A stretch of 64,000 bases of DNA, taken from assembly GCA_030390025.1 (NCBI GenBank), contig CM059430.1, forward strand, positions 61,442,001 through 61,506,000, read 5' to 3'. A program made the translations under genes and the position numbers. This document shows, one piece after another, positions 61,583 through 64,000 of this stretch. Every line of letters begins with the position of its first letter. Within the stretch, counting starts at the first letter, position 1. The notes below the pieces were generated by a model. The model searched no databases and was not told the origin of the DNA. It saw only the letters and a list, made by a program, of their open reading frames with translations. This DNA comes from Squalus acanthias (lineage: Eukaryota).

Positions 61583-62109
61583 CTGCGAAACACAAGTGCT
61601 TATGTTTGTCAGTACAAAATGAGGAAATAAAGAACACCGCAATGGATTCCCTGGGAACTTTATTTTTTTTACATAATTTCTCATCCAACTGTAGTTACAC
61701 TCAGAGCGATATCGGACCCCATCCCTGTGAGACCTACTCCACCTGGTCAGGCCGTGACTTGGATTGATGCTGCAAGTTTAGCATGGCTGGCAAACGGAAC
61801 CCATTTCACCTGGAGCGAAATTTGGCGACAATGAAATCTGACGGTGTATGATCATTACCTATGAACCATGTTGTGTTTGAAGGACTCAGGGAAAACATAA
61901 TTCTCAAAGATTCAACGATTCCCGCCGACCGCCACATTTTTATGGCAGAAGGTACCAATGGCTTTAATAAAAAATGCCACTGTTAAACAAAGAAATGGTT
62001 CATTACTGAAAGGGCTTGTATTTAAAAAAAATTAAACAAACGCATAGTTGCCCAAATGCATCACCTTGTACAGCTATCTTGTGGGTTACTCTCTCCATGC
62101 CCTAAAAAT

Positions 62110-62525
62110 AATATACAGCATAGAAACAGGCCATTTAGCCCAACTAGTCTGTGCTGGTGTTTATACTCCACACGAGTCTCCTCCCATTCCAGCGACCTCA
62201 TCTCAGCTTTTCAGTATATCTTTCTATTCTCTTTGCTCTCATGTACTTGTCACGTTTCCTTCTGAAAGCATCTAAGCTATTTGCGTCAACCACTTCCGTG
62301 CTAGCCAGTTCCACATACTAACCACTCTCTGAGTAAATACATTTCACCTTATTTCTGTATTGTATTTATTAGTAACTATTTTGTATTGATGGCCCCTAGA
62401 TTTGGATTCTCCCACAAGTGTAAACATTCATTCCACATATACCCTGTCCAACTTATTCATAACTAAAAAAATACCTCTGTCAGATCTCCACTAAGTGTTA
62501 TACTTTCCGACGAAAAAGCCCTAAC
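62110..62525 (-). mobile_element. Old CR1 3' fragment
   Basis: CAGCATAGAAACAGGCCATTTAGCCC tail and degenerate TTCCACATACTAACCACTCTCTGAGT (reverse complement of TQRVVxMWN). Confidence 0.6.
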
Positions 62526-62529
62526 CTCC

Positions 62530-64000
62530 GACAACCACAACCATCTTCCTTTGTATGACTCCAGCCAGTGAAGTGTTTGCCCCCCATCCCCATTGACTTC
62601 AATTTTATTAAGGCTCTTTGGTGCCGCAATCGGGCAAATGCAGCCTTGATGTCAATGACATTCACTCTCACCTCACCTCTGAAATTCAGCTATTTTGTCC
62701 AGGATTGGACAAAGGCTGTTTTGAGGTCTGGAGCTATGTGTTCCTGGCAGGATCCAAACTGAGGATCGGTGAGCAGGTTATTTGTGAGTAAGTGCAACTT
62801 GGCAGCACTGCCGACGATACCTTACATCACTATGCTAATGATTGCGAGTAGGCTGATGAGGCATTAAATGCGCCGATTGAATCTGTCCAGCTTTTTGTGG
62901 GCAGGACATACCTGGGCAATTCTCCACATTATTGGGTAGCTGTCAATGCTGTAGCTGTACTGGAACAGCTTGGCCAGAGGCGCAGCTGATTCTGGAGCAC
63001 AAGTTTTCAGCACTACAACCAGGATGTTGCAGGGACCCATAGCCAGTGCTGCCACCACTGCACTCAGCCATTTCTTGATATCACGTGGAGTGAGTCGAAT
63101 TGGCTGAAGACTGACACTTGTGATGGTGGGAATCTCAGGAGGAGGCAGAGATGGATCTTCAACTGGGAACTTCTGGCTGAAGATGGTTGCCAATGCTCCG
63201 CCATCGTTGAGGCTGATGATGTTCATGGAGGCATCTCCTCCTGTGAGTTGTTTAATTGTCCACCACCATTCACGACTGGGTGTGGCAGGACTTCAGAGAT
63301 TTGACCTGATCTGGTGGTTGTGGGATCGCTTTGCTCTGTCTATCGCATGCTGCTTCTGCTGTTTAGAATGTTGTAGCTTCCCCAGGTTGGCACCTCATTT
63401 TTAGGTATGCATAGTACTGCTCCTGGCATGCCTACAGTACTCCTTGAAACAGGGGTGGTGGCCTGGCTTGATGGTAATATTAGAGTGCGGGATATGCTGG
63501 ACCATGAAGTTACAGATTGTGGTGGAATACTATTCTGGTGCTGCGTATGGATGCCAGTTTTGAGCTGTTCTGATATAATTTTGCACAACACGTTACCTCA
63601 ATGTGAAGACGGGATTTTGTTGGTTACTCCTACCAATGTCATGGTGAATTTTTTCAAGTTTTACCTGGTCAAGTAGGATTTTCCCTCGTGTTGATTCTCT
63701 CACCAGTTGCCACAATCCCAATCAGCCAGCTCGGCCAGTAGTGGTGCTACCGGGCCACTCTTGGTGATTGAAGTCCCCTAGCAGTACATTCTGTGCCCTT
63801 AGTGATTCTTCCAAGTGGTGTTCAACATTCATCAGCTGAGGGCGGGAATCAGCAGAAGGTTTCCATGCCATGCGGAATCAATGTTGAGGAATGCCACTCC
63901 CTTCAACTGGTGGTTCTGTCCTGCCAGTGGGACAGGCCATACCTAGAGACTTTGGCTGATAGGTCAGTGAAGTCGGTAGGACAGCTCTCTCAATTTTGGC
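62530..64000 (-). mobile_element. Degenerate family-B LINE
   Basis: Minus-strand VLKTCAPESAAPLAKLFQYSY...WRIAQVCPAHKK; colinear with 28600-30800 but with many deletions. Confidence 0.85.

Overview
Eukaryotic, repeat-dense DNA, almost certainly a shark or other cartilaginous fish (HE1-type V-SINE, HER1-like CR1 LINEs, DeuSINE, Penelope-like elements). Most of the window is transposon-derived and most ORF-track entries are LINE fragments or their antisense shadows. Among the repeats is a small immunoglobulin-superfamily (IgSF) receptor cluster. (1) A + strand gene (46570-57871) has leader, germline-joined VJ-type V domain, C1 domain, TM and three cytoplasmic exons with ITIM-like motifs (NKp30/SIRP-like). 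Only its C1 exon is destroyed (two stops, a frameshift removing the first Cys, and a 1393-bp solo LTR with a 4-bp TSD). The other six exons are open and splice in frame to a 268-aa V-TM-ITIM protein. (2) An inverted pseudogene paralog of its TM and tail exons lies at 34087-35872. (3) A convergent - strand remnant has a C1/TCR-constant-like exon and an Arg-containing TM exon (59110-61582), a candidate activating partner. Penelope-derived foldback elements carry minimal type-I hammerhead ribozyme motifs, the best one sense-oriented in intron 2 of the receptor gene. There is a 138-N gap at 41760-41897. All calls are by eye; repeat family names and most repeat boundaries are approximate.
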